In this document: positions 24,076 to 33,418 of the stretch, piece after piece
Layout of the letters: every line of letters begins with the position of its first letter
Numbering within the stretch: position 1 is the stretch's first letter
From: a virus
Taxonomy: Duplodnaviria > Heunggongvirae > Uroviricota > Caudoviricetes
Direction: 5' to 3' (one strand)
DNA length: 64,000 nucleotides
Virus record (IMG/VR): IMGVR_UViG_3300021400_002728
Coordinates: 101,154 to 165,153 of that record
The notes under the pieces: model-generated
The model's input: the letters and a program-made list of their open reading frames with translations, nothing else
Database searches by the model: none
Told to the model about the DNA's origin: nothing
Program-made: the position numbers and the translations under genes

Positions 24076-24875
24076 GATATTACCTCCGAAGAGGTAACAG
24101 GTTTACAAAATACGCTGAGATAATTGGCGTTTGTACATAGCATCTATAGTCGTTGGAAACTATCTATCACACAGTCGATTAGACTGTAGCTATGAATGGC
24201 ACTAATCTTGTGAAGATTAGCAGACACTTACCAGAAGCTTCATAGATTTCATTTTGTCACATTCTTCCTTGCGGGATTCACAGCTTGCAGGCTGTTAGAG
24301 TTGCAACTACTCTTACTTCTCTCATGTATCACCTTGCGAGTTTTACATGCCACCATATTGCAGATGGATAAGCCATTTTTCGGCTTTCTGGTCGGATGCA
24401 CTTTTGCATGTTGTTAATAAATAACATTTGGGTTTTATATTATCAGTATAATCCAAATCTTTATTTCTAATAAAGAATTTTCCATTGAACTACGAGGCAT
24501 CCGTTTGGACACCAATACCTTTTGAGTACTGTCCATCCATCGTAATCCTGCTTGTCTTGAGTCGACTTACTCGATTATTCTAGACCGCACTTTCGTGTTG
24601 GATCTGTCATAAAAGTAAAATTAGCACTTATCATATCCCTATGACTTGCACCAAAGATCTACCTATCGGTCTTTATCATTTCTAATAAAGGGAACATTTT
24701 CCATTATTCCGTTTGCTTCGACTCCTCTGCAACTTTGCCGTTGGAGTTACGTTCAAACTAGATAGTGTAGGTTTTCCGCTGCACTGTATTGCTACAGTCG
24801 AGAAAGGTTTGGCTCCTTACTCTTTATCCCTGTTACCAGGTTTATCTAACGACCCGAAACCGACCGTTATATTAA
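24076..24875 (-). ncRNA. Large (~800 nt) ornate ncRNA, GOLLD-like
   Basis: ORF-free, hairpin-dense with many GNRA/GCAA loops, UUCG hairpin at 3' end, heads a phage tRNA array; size and context fit GOLLD better than ROOL; family not verified. Confidence 0.6.
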
Positions 24876-24959
24876 ACAATCAAATTTTAGGGCCAGAACT
24901 GAAGTTCTAGTTCAACTTGATTGATTAACACCTTAATTTGTCAAGGTTCAATAAATTCA

Positions 24960-25018
24960 ATGACTCGTTATATTTTTCACCCAATTGAAAATTTTTAAGT
25001 GATTGCTGACTAAGTCAC
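24960..25018 (-). ncRNA. ACAGCAA-type module at the head of the RNA district
   Basis: GTGACT-TAGTCAGCAA...TTTTCA-ATTGGG-TGAAAA...AGTCAT. Confidence 0.55.
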
Positions 25019-25269
25019 AAATTGAATTTGTTATTATTAAATAGCACTTCGTGCTAAATAATTAACTGTAATGTTATTTTATCACATCAGTTTTAATATG
25101 TAAATAGTTTTTTGAAAATTTCTTAAAAAATTTTTTCAATTAACTTTTTAATATCTTTTATCAACTGACTAAATTATCTTATCACATATTCATTTACTTG
25201 TAAATAGTTTTTTGAAAAAAGTTGAAAAAATTTTCTAAATTTAGAATAGTAATAATAAATAGCTCTTCG

Positions 25270-26463
25270 TTAGTCTTTACGCACAGCCTTCATTTTTACT
25301 TTATTTTCATACATTTGAGCATCAGCGCGTACAAATACATCATGAAACGAAGTATCTCTTTCCGCTGAATATACAGCATATCCAGTTGCGGCAGAAATAT
25401 TTTCCCACTCATTAGATTTGCCAGTTTTAGTTATAGACGATCCTATATTAGTAAGTAAGAAACTAAGTACGTCTACATTCTTACCAGATATAATTACAGC
25501 AAATTCATCTCCACCTATTCTAAAGCAATTACAACCAGTAAACATTGATCGTATATCATCTGCTAAGATCTTAAGTGCAATATCGCCCTTATCATGACCA
25601 TAGGTATCATTCATCTTCTTTAAGAAGTTAAGATCTATTATAATAAGAGAGAATTTAGCTATACCATTCTTAATATCATCATTTAGTTTTTCTTCATATT
25701 TTTCAAATGCGTTACGATTAGATAGACCAGTCAACCCATCTATATACATAATTTGTTCAGCCTGTAGAGCTTTAGCGGTCCAATATATTGAAGATCCTAA
25801 TACTGAATATTCAGATATATAAATAAAACATATAATTAAAAATAGTGGTACAAATAACTTATTACCTGGTACTATATTAGCTGCATTTGCAATATAGGTT
25901 ATTGCAGAAAAACTAAATAAAGCTGAAATAGGTATAATTATATAGTTCTTTAACTGGCCATTTGATACTTTTAGCATGCCTTTAAACGGTCGTTTTATAA
26001 AGACTACAAATAAGGTTGATATTAAGCTAAGTACTATAAGTTTAACTGCAATAAAGAATAATATATTCTTAATAGTATATGGACCATTTACTGGGTCAAA
26101 TAAATTAAGTCTTGAACCAATTATCTGATCAGTTGTACCGCAAAACAAAAATGTACTTACTACAATTATAAGTGTTGTAGTGCAGTTAATAAATATATTA
26201 TGTGATAATGTTTCTTTGCATAATGCATGCCCAAGTATACAAAGTGCAACACAATATAATACTAATGGTATGGCATCATTCATTATAAAGAAGCTATACC
26301 AAAACATAGTTAACGCTAACAATATAAAAACTGATCCAAACCACAAAAATGCATGTGTTTTCTTTGAATACTTCGGAGTTGTAAGTACGGACGTAAGTAA
26401 AGATGCATATGTAAAATTTAATATGCTACTTAACGACCATAATATGACTATCGAAGTTTCCAT
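25270..26463 (-). CDS. Multi-TM diguanylate cyclase (GGDEF)
   Basis: About 7 TM helices then DGLTGLSNR, DLNFLKKMNDTYGHDKGD, RIGGDEF. Confidence 0.92.
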   Translation of the reverse strand: METSIVILWSLSSILNFTYASLLTSVLTTPKYSKKTHAFLWFGSVFILLALTMFWYSFFIMNDAIPLVLYCVALCILGHALCKETLSHNIFINCTTTLIIVVSTFLFCGTTDQIIGSRLNLFDPVNGPYTIKNILFFIAVKLIVLSLISTLFVVFIKRPFKGMLKVSNGQLKNYIIIPISALFSFSAITYIANAANIVPGNKLFVPLFLIICFIYISEYSVLGSSIYWTAKALQAEQIMYIDGLTGLSNRNAFEKYEEKLNDDIKNGIAKFSLIIIDLNFLKKMNDTYGHDKGDIALKILADDIRSMFTGCNCFRIGGDEFAVIISGKNVDVLSFLLTNIGSSITKTGKSNEWENISAATGYAVYSAERDTSFHDVFVRADAQMYENKVKMKAVRKD

Positions 26464-26480
26464 ATAATGTCCTCCTCTAA

Positions 26481-28346
26481 TTAACTTGCATTATGAGAGG
26501 ATAAGAAATTCAAGAAATCTTCCATAGGAAGTGGTTTTGAAAAATAATATCCCTGAATATACTCAATATTAAGATCTAACATGGCCTCAAGTTGTTCTCT
26601 AGTTTCGATTCCTTCTGAGACAATGTTAAGATTCATATTATGCATAGTATGAGTCATTCCCTCTAATACCTGTTTTACTTTTTTATTGTTGAAATAACCT
26701 TGAGTAAAACTATAATCAAACTTGATATTTTGTACAGGAAAATCAACAAGATAATCAAGATTTGATCGTCCTGTTCCAAAATCGTCTAATGAAAATGTTA
26801 TTCCCTGTTCAAGTAATTGATTTATGTTTTTAATAAGATTATTTCTACTTTTATTCTGTGCTGTCTCAGTAATTTCGAGATTTATCATAGATGGATCAAT
26901 ATTATATTTTTCAATCATATCAATAATAAATTTGGCTGGATTTTCAAAATCAAACTGAGCTGCAGATAAGTTTACTTCTATATTATTAAGACCTAGTTGC
27001 TTAGGATCATGCTCAGAAATAAACTGACACACTTTCTCAAATATTCTCATACCCAATGGAATAATTTGACCAGTTTCTTCAGAAATTGGAATAAATACTC
27101 CAGGTGGAGTAATACTACCGTCAAGATTTCTAATTCGTACTAATGCTTCAGCAGCAGAAAATTTATGTGTCTTTACATTATAAAAAGGTTGATAGAATAC
27201 TTCTACTCTATCATCATTAAGAGCGTCTTCAATGAGATCGTGAACCTGATTATATTTTCTCAAGTCTGCGATAACGTCTTCATTAACTTCAATTATTTCG
27301 TCCTTTAATGACTCATTCATTTGAATAAAATTAAAGAACTCTTCAGGATTAATGAAATCTAGTCCATTTGGAATAACTATATAATGTAAAGTGGTTAAGT
27401 CTTCTTTTGAATTAGACTTAATATCTTTAAACTTTTCTAAATGTGCCTTCATTCGATATTTGTCATTAAATGCAACAACAAATAAATCATCATCTAACTT
27501 AAATACTGGATCTGAACCTAAACTATTTAAGGCCTGTGATGCCATAAATCTAGCTTTATTCTTAAGTTCTATTTCAACCATTTGAGATAAGTAATTAAGC
27601 TTAACCACAAATGCTGAAAATGGTGTCTTAAACTTAAACTGATCATTTATGTAATTAGTAAAACCAATATAATTAAACGTATTAGTATAAGTATCTAAAT
27701 ATACATTTGGATTTTCTAACTGTGTATAAAGTATAATTACACTAAATGCAGACGCAAATCCAATTAAAAGAAGTTCGGGAACTATGAATTGAATCAACAC
27801 ACAAACAAGCCAAATACCTTGCCATGTCATTATAGTTCTAAACTTTTTATATGACATTTCTTTTCTTTTTATAATAGCTAAAGAAATTGTAGTTAAAATT
27901 AAAATGACAGCCAAGATATATGCTACTAGAGTAGATGCTCCGTATGAATATGCTTGTCTGCCATCCATGGCGTATGATATAGGCAATGCTAATATCATCA
28001 GTTCTCCGAACGTAAAAATTGCATGCAGTATTCGTTTTATATGTTTATATTTATCATTAATTAGTAATTCAGTCATTACATATACATATCCGAGATATCC
28101 TTGTAGGACTAATGAGAATATGTATAACTTACATACTAATTTGGTTATAAATGGACTAAATCCGCATTTTGTTGAATAATAAATGCAGATTACTGATACT
28201 ATATCTAGTACCAACATTGCGATACAACTATATAAGGATCGCATAAACAATATTCTATTTGTTAACTTCAGTTTCTTTTCTCGCATGAATAGTACGTATA
28301 TGACTAGTACTATAAATAGAGAACAGCACTGTAATTCAATATTCAT
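26481..28346 (-). CDS. Multi-TM EAL c-di-GMP phosphodiesterase with degenerate GGDEF domain
   Basis: FYQP, AEALVR, EVNLS, LEITE, DDFGTG, KFD, EGIE, QGYYFSKP. Confidence 0.92.
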   Translation of the reverse strand: MNIELQCCSLFIVLVIYVLFMREKKLKLTNRILFMRSLYSCIAMLVLDIVSVICIYYSTKCGFSPFITKLVCKLYIFSLVLQGYLGYVYVMTELLINDKYKHIKRILHAIFTFGELMILALPISYAMDGRQAYSYGASTLVAYILAVILILTTISLAIIKRKEMSYKKFRTIMTWQGIWLVCVLIQFIVPELLLIGFASAFSVIILYTQLENPNVYLDTYTNTFNYIGFTNYINDQFKFKTPFSAFVVKLNYLSQMVEIELKNKARFMASQALNSLGSDPVFKLDDDLFVVAFNDKYRMKAHLEKFKDIKSNSKEDLTTLHYIVIPNGLDFINPEEFFNFIQMNESLKDEIIEVNEDVIADLRKYNQVHDLIEDALNDDRVEVFYQPFYNVKTHKFSAAEALVRIRNLDGSITPPGVFIPISEETGQIIPLGMRIFEKVCQFISEHDPKQLGLNNIEVNLSAAQFDFENPAKFIIDMIEKYNIDPSMINLEITETAQNKSRNNLIKNINQLLEQGITFSLDDFGTGRSNLDYLVDFPVQNIKFDYSFTQGYFNNKKVKQVLEGMTHTMHNMNLNIVSEGIETREQLEAMLDLNIEYIQGYYFSKPLPMEDFLNFLSSHNAS

Positions 28347-28382
28347 GATTATTTCTCCTCAGGTAAATCCTCAACTTTAGTC

Positions 28383-28514
28383 AAAAAATGCGGTAGAATT
28401 TAGGCTGCTACCGCTCAGCCAGGGGGAGGATTACCAGATGGCAATTATACTTGATAGGTCCTGCACCTACACCTTCAACCAAGGTTGCTGTACTGCTTTA
28501 TACTACAAGTATAA
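28383..28514 (-). promoter_or_regulatory. Riboswitch-like leader with intrinsic terminator upstream of the EAL gene
   Basis: TTATACTTG/CAAGTATAA stem then GCGGTAG/CTACCGC hairpin plus T tract before the GAGGAG RBS; promoter -35 at 28591-28596, -10 at 28568-28573. Confidence 0.55.
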
Positions 28515-28602
28515 CGGCTTTTTAGCCTTGGAGGTATTTACGATGACATTTTTTATATCTTAAAATTATTATATCAAGAAAACTATTATTTGTAAATAGT
28601 TT

Positions 28603-29358
28603 TTACTTATATTTTTCATTAACCTTATCAAAGTCAGATTTTATATAGTACCGATATATGTTCTTAGTAGTATATTTTTCATAAATGCTATCTGTGTAAT
28701 TCTCATCCTGATGTATACAATCTGGACAATCTATCCAGTGTAACTCTAATATGTATGTACCTTCCCCAAAAAGTGTACTTACACGTTCGCGTTCACCGTT
28801 TAAATTAGATATTTCGTAATCAGGTAGCTTAAGCTCATCTAGCTGCATATTTGCAGTAAATGCATAAGCCATAGTTAGTTTATCAGAAAATTCAATCTCT
28901 TCTATATCACCTTCAAATGCTGCGATGATATATCCGTCATTGATAATTGCGTATGTAGGTACCCATAGATGCATTTCACCATCATCATATTTTCGACCAA
29001 TTGATTGTTTTAGCCATGCATCAAAATCAGAATCATGATTTGGATTATCACATACATACACATGATCTCTAGGCATAACTGTTCGACTATGATTATAGAT
29101 CTTAATTCCAACTAATCCAATAAGTATAATCAAACAGAATACAATTAGCGGACCAAACTTTTTTAACGGATTAAATTTCTTTTTAGGTGTTTCTTCTACA
29201 GATTCTATATCTAGTTTAATATTAGATATAGGTTTTTCTGTATCAGATTTAGTATGTTCTGCTATTGCTTCTTCTCTTGCTCTAGATAACATTGCATCTA
29301 ATTCGTCTTTTGTGAGAGTTAAGAGTTCTTCACCCTCTCGGTTCTCAGCCATTAGCAT
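28603..29358 (-). CDS. Membrane-anchored protein with thioredoxin-like CxxC
   Basis: One TM at about aa 68-86; HWIDCPDC motif. Confidence 0.55.
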   Translation of the reverse strand: MLMAENREGEELLTLTKDELDAMLSRAREEAIAEHTKSDTEKPISNIKLDIESVEETPKKKFNPLKKFGPLIVFCLIILIGLVGIKIYNHSRTVMPRDHVYVCDNPNHDSDFDAWLKQSIGRKYDDGEMHLWVPTYAIINDGYIIAAFEGDIEEIEFSDKLTMAYAFTANMQLDELKLPDYEISNLNGERERVSTLFGEGTYILELHWIDCPDCIHQDENYTDSIYEKYTTKNIYRYYIKSDFDKVNEKYK

Positions 29359-30391
29359 CTACCTCCTTTACACTTAGAATTTCTTTCTTACCAGTTACTT
29401 CACATTTCATAAGATCTTGATTTGTGTAGTAAATAGTAAGCTCTTTACCTAAGGAAGTAAGCTTCTTTACTACGTCACCTGTGAGTTCGATTGTACGATC
29501 TTCACAAGCAGTATCACTAATCTTATAAATAAATTCTACACTATCAATACGAAGGAATATTCCTTTAGGATTAAATACTAGATTAGGCGCAGCCTTAAAC
29601 ATTGCAGCAGCGCTCATCGCCTTAGATAGAATTGATGTATCTAAGGTTACACTACTACCACCAATATCATTAAACAGATCCATAAAATCTGAATACTGGA
29701 AGTCATCATTAGTATTCTCAGTAATTACAATCAAAGCATAAAGCTCATCAGATTTAACAGCAAGCTTTTTAAGTTTGCCTTCAGTAATAACTGTATATTC
29801 AACGTTTGATAATGCATTAAGAATTTCAACACTATTAAGATCAAGTAACATATCAGTATCAAAAATACGTTTCTCTATAATAAGAACATTATCTGTATCT
29901 GATACCATGATATTATCACCAAAATAGATCTTTTCATAAGTTTCAACTACATGTGTAGGATCAAGTACAGATTTAAGTGTTCCTAATTCAATAGTACCAC
30001 CAAGCTGTTTATCATACGTGTAGTTTCCAGTAGGGTCATTGATACCTGACTGACCTCTTGGAACTTCATGATTATATGTAGGCAGTTTACATTTTACATT
30101 ACTTGACTTAACCTGAATAAACTTACCTTTTGTTTCAAGTGTAATATCGCCTTCACAAGACTTAATAAAGCTTGAGAATGTATTATAATCAACAATAGCG
30201 TAGAAATCTTCTGATGCCTGACCGATTTCCACTCTAATATTGTTTACACCATCAATAGTGTAACCATATACAATATCACCAGTACTTTCGAATCTAATCA
30301 TTCTTTCATACTGTTTACTTGCAACATTTTTTGACACTGCCATACCAAGTAAATTTACTTTCTTACGCAATTCGTCTCCATTGACAATCAT
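29345..30391 (-). CDS. Sliding clamp, DnaN (beta)-like
   Basis: 348 aa, repeated alpha/beta pattern resembling the beta clamp N-terminus; within the replication cluster. Confidence 0.55.
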   Translation of the reverse strand: MIVNGDELRKKVNLLGMAVSKNVASKQYERMIRFESTGDIVYGYTIDGVNNIRVEIGQASEDFYAIVDYNTFSSFIKSCEGDITLETKGKFIQVKSSNVKCKLPTYNHEVPRGQSGINDPTGNYTYDKQLGGTIELGTLKSVLDPTHVVETYEKIYFGDNIMVSDTDNVLIIEKRIFDTDMLLDLNSVEILNALSNVEYTVITEGKLKKLAVKSDELYALIVITENTNDDFQYSDFMDLFNDIGGSSVTLDTSILSKAMSAAAMFKAAPNLVFNPKGIFLRIDSVEFIYKISDTACEDRTIELTGDVVKKLTSLGKELTIYYTNQDLMKCEVTGKKEILSVKEVDANG

Positions 30392-30852
30392 TCGTTATTC
30401 TCCTTTTCAAATGATTCATAGTCAATAAGTTCTACTCCACATTTGTCTAAAATATACTCAGCAGCAGTAGTTTCCTCTGATCTATGGTATTTCTCTTTAT
30501 AAATTACTCTTTTTATTCCAACCTGTGCTAACATACATGCACATCTACTACAAGGTGAAATAGTTACATATAGATCAGAATCTTTAAGATCAGAAATCTG
30601 ACCATCATAATTAAGAATAGCATTTAGTTCAGCATGACACATATAGGTGTTTTTCTTTTCAATAAGAGTAGCACCTTCGCTATCTTTAGGAACTAATTCA
30701 TCTGGAAAAGTACTCGGAGCACCATTATATCCAGCAGATTTAATTCTCTTATTATGAACGATAACTGCGCCTACTTTTGTATTTGGGTCCTTACTTAACT
30801 TACTAGATTCTTCAGCCACCGCCATAAAATATTTGGGCCATTTACTATTCAT
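30388..30852 (-). CDS. dCMP deaminase
   Basis: SKDPNTKVGA, GYNG, HAELNAI, PCSRC. Confidence 0.92.
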   Translation of the reverse strand: MNSKWPKYFMAVAEESSKLSKDPNTKVGAVIVHNKRIKSAGYNGAPSTFPDELVPKDSEGATLIEKKNTYMCHAELNAILNYDGQISDLKDSDLYVTISPCSRCACMLAQVGIKRVIYKEKYHRSEETTAAEYILDKCGVELIDYESFEKENNE

Positions 30853-30866
30853 ATAACTTCACCTCA

Positions 30867-31340
30867 TTACTTAAGATTATTCAATACTTCACAATATAAA
30901 TCAACTGCTTTAGTATTATTGGTACCGTAGAATGAATTATCTACATATACACTAATTGGAGTTTCTTCAATTCGTCTCTGTAAATTTCTAGGAATTTCAC
31001 TATAATGTTTACCATTATATTCCTTCATAGTTTCTAAACCATAAATAATATGATCTTCAATAATAAGAGCTTCAATAGTTTCACATAAACCATGACCTCG
31101 ATAAACAGACCAACCTGGCTGATGAATTCTAGGATCATTTTTGTCAGGTATATCAAGTTCAGGTGCGGATCTAACAATAAGTGGATCAAGCAAAAGACGG
31201 CTAAAACATAAATCAAAAAGTCTAGCGTCAATTGTTCCAAATTTGATATAATCTAATGAACCATCTTTGATTTTGTTTATTATTATTGAAATACTTGTAT
31301 TAGTGGTTCGAAAATCTACATCTACAGGAAACATACTCAC
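30867..31340 (-). CDS. Hypothetical, possibly degenerate DUF262/ParB-like
   Basis: YSEIPRNLQRRIEETPISV resembles the DUF262 C-terminus; DGQQR motif absent. Confidence 0.4.
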   Translation of the reverse strand: MSMFPVDVDFRTTNTSISIIINKIKDGSLDYIKFGTIDARLFDLCFSRLLLDPLIVRSAPELDIPDKNDPRIHQPGWSVYRGHGLCETIEALIIEDHIIYGLETMKEYNGKHYSEIPRNLQRRIEETPISVYVDNSFYGTNNTKAVDLYCEVLNNLK

Positions 31341-31437
31341 CTACCTCCATATATAGTAATTATAACATGAGCATAGGTAAAAGTAAATAGTTTTATAAAA
31401 AACTAGTCAGACTTAATAAATCTGACTAGTTCTATTG

Positions 31438-31944
31438 TTAAACTCCAGTTGAGCCAAAGCCACCTTCTCCACGGCTAGTCTCTTCAGTAAAGAATCCATC
31501 TGCATTAGTAGATACAGTACAACCTTCAACATAAAGCATTACAGGTACAAACTGTACACACTTAGTTCCAAACTCAAGTGTCTGAGGCTTATTTGAAGTA
31601 TTGATAAGATGAATGTGCCATTCACCCTGATAAGACGTATCAATGAGTTCAGCACCAAAGATAAACTTCTTTTTGGTAGCTACTCCACTCTTATTATTTG
31701 CCATAAGACCTACATTCTTAGGGAACTTACTCTTAATTCCAGCAGGAATAAGAATATCTTCATGAGCAGGAACGGTGATAGTATTACCATCAATAGTTAT
31801 ATTATTACCATGCTTTTCGTTAAATTCCATGATTTCTGCTACAACAGCATCTTCTTTTTCAGGAACGTAGAAGTCAATACCAGCATTTTCTTCAAAATTC
31901 CAAACTGGATCTTTAACATTACGTACTTTCAAAAATTCTATCAT
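31438..31944 (-). CDS. dut: Trimeric dUTPase
   Basis: AGIDF, KSG, IDTSYQGE, QFV, RGEGGFGSTG. Confidence 0.95.
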   Translation of the reverse strand: MIEFLKVRNVKDPVWNFEENAGIDFYVPEKEDAVVAEIMEFNEKHGNNITIDGNTITVPAHEDILIPAGIKSKFPKNVGLMANNKSGVATKKKFIFGAELIDTSYQGEWHIHLINTSNKPQTLEFGTKCVQFVPVMLYVEGCTVSTNADGFFTEETSRGEGGFGSTGV

Positions 31945-31961
31945 TTTTCTAATTTCCTTTC

Positions 31962-32258
31962 TTATTTAGTTACACATTTCATATATTGAATTATCTGTGA
32001 TACATTATCTTTTGTTGAAATAATGTTTCTAATTCTTGTAATATATTCTCTTGTAAAGTCACTCTTTTCATTCTCCTGAAGTTCTTCAGTATGTTTATTA
32101 AGTGCTTTAATTAAAATTTCAATTGTAAAATCTACTGCTCTATCTCTTTTGTCAAGATCAGTAAGATATGTTACTCTATTCAGACCCTCTAAAAATGGTA
32201 TCAGCTGATTATATACTGATACCACGGCCGGAGGTGTCTGAGTTACTACCTTTGGCAT
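31962..32258 (-). CDS. Hypothetical protein
   Basis: 98 aa with GAGGA RBS. Confidence 0.6.
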   Translation of the reverse strand: MPKVVTQTPPAVVSVYNQLIPFLEGLNRVTYLTDLDKRDRAVDFTIEILIKALNKHTEELQENEKSDFTREYITRIRNIISTKDNVSQIIQYMKCVTK

Positions 32259-32304
32259 GATTATTCCTCTCTTTTACTATATATTTATTATTAAATAGTC
32301 TTTT

Positions 32305-33414
32305 TTAGTCCTCAAGTCCTGCGAGTTCAACGTCAACATCAAGTTCTTCACCATACCATCTTTCAGATGATACAACGTCACAGGAAATAGGAATTGTAAG
32401 TCTAGGTCTTGCAGCAGTTTCCATATCATAAGCAAATTGTTTCTTGACAAATCTTGCGTATCTTAAAGGTGTCTCAATAAGAATTTCATCATGAACTGGA
32501 ATAATAGCATAAGCTCCACGTTTCTGAAGTTCTTCATCATTTCTAATTTTAATAAGTGCTAACTTACTCATATCAGCTGCAGATCCCTGAACTCGAGAGT
32601 TAATAATCTGTCTACTAGCGTTGGCTATCTTATTTCCATTATCAATTACTAAGATTCTTTCTTTTGATTTAAGCTCATTTACATAATTAAATCGCTGCTT
32701 CCACCACATATTTGTAAGTTTTTCTGTAAATTTCTTTACATCAGACTCAGGTACTTTCATAGTATCATCAATTTCACCATTTTCGTCCAAGTAATGAAAT
32801 TCGAAAGTTGGAAGGTTATATTCTGGAAGTCGTCTCTTTCTACCCCAAAGAGTAGTAACGTATCCGTGTTCTCTAACCATCTGAGCAGATTCACGCTCAA
32901 ATACTTTAATTCTAGGGAATGCATCATAAACAGCATTCTTAATTTCTTTTGCTTCTTCAGGTGTACAACCTAACTGCTCAGCAATAGAATTCTCACCACG
33001 ACCATACATAATACCTAACAGAATCTTTTTAGCCTGACCTCTGTATTCCTTACCTTCCTTAAATACATCAGTCTCACCATCTGAAAGTTTATCATAGTCA
33101 TAATCATCAGGATTGATGTCTGAGTAATCTAATTCCTCAAACTTTTCCTTTCCATCATCATTACCATTCTTAAGTAATGCATATACCCACTTGCCATCAG
33201 CATTTTTCTTCATTGGACAACCCTTAGGAAAATGCTCAAGACATTTCTTATAAGGTCTATTGAATGAAATAGCTGCAATTTCAACATACAGATCTTTTCC
33301 ATCCATATATGCTTGAAGCATACCAGGATCTTCACACAACTGAGTAAGAACACGAGGTTCCTGCGCAGAGTAGTCAGCACCCTGTATAATTCGTCTTGTT
33401 CTTGCTTTAATCAT
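32305..33414 (-). CDS. polA: Family A DNA polymerase, C-terminal fragment (motifs A, B, C)
   Basis: ADYSAQEPR, AKKILLGIMYG, TLWGRKR, NSRVQGSAAD, VHDE. Confidence 0.92.
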   Translation of the reverse strand: MIKARTRRIIQGADYSAQEPRVLTQLCEDPGMLQAYMDGKDLYVEIAAISFNRPYKKCLEHFPKGCPMKKNADGKWVYALLKNGNDDGKEKFEELDYSDINPDDYDYDKLSDGETDVFKEGKEYRGQAKKILLGIMYGRGENSIAEQLGCTPEEAKEIKNAVYDAFPRIKVFERESAQMVREHGYVTTLWGRKRRLPEYNLPTFEFHYLDENGEIDDTMKVPESDVKKFTEKLTNMWWKQRFNYVNELKSKERILVIDNGNKIANASRQIINSRVQGSAADMSKLALIKIRNDEELQKRGAYAIIPVHDEILIETPLRYARFVKKQFAYDMETAARPRLTIPISCDVVSSERWYGEELDVDVELAGLED

Positions 33415-33418
33415 ATCA

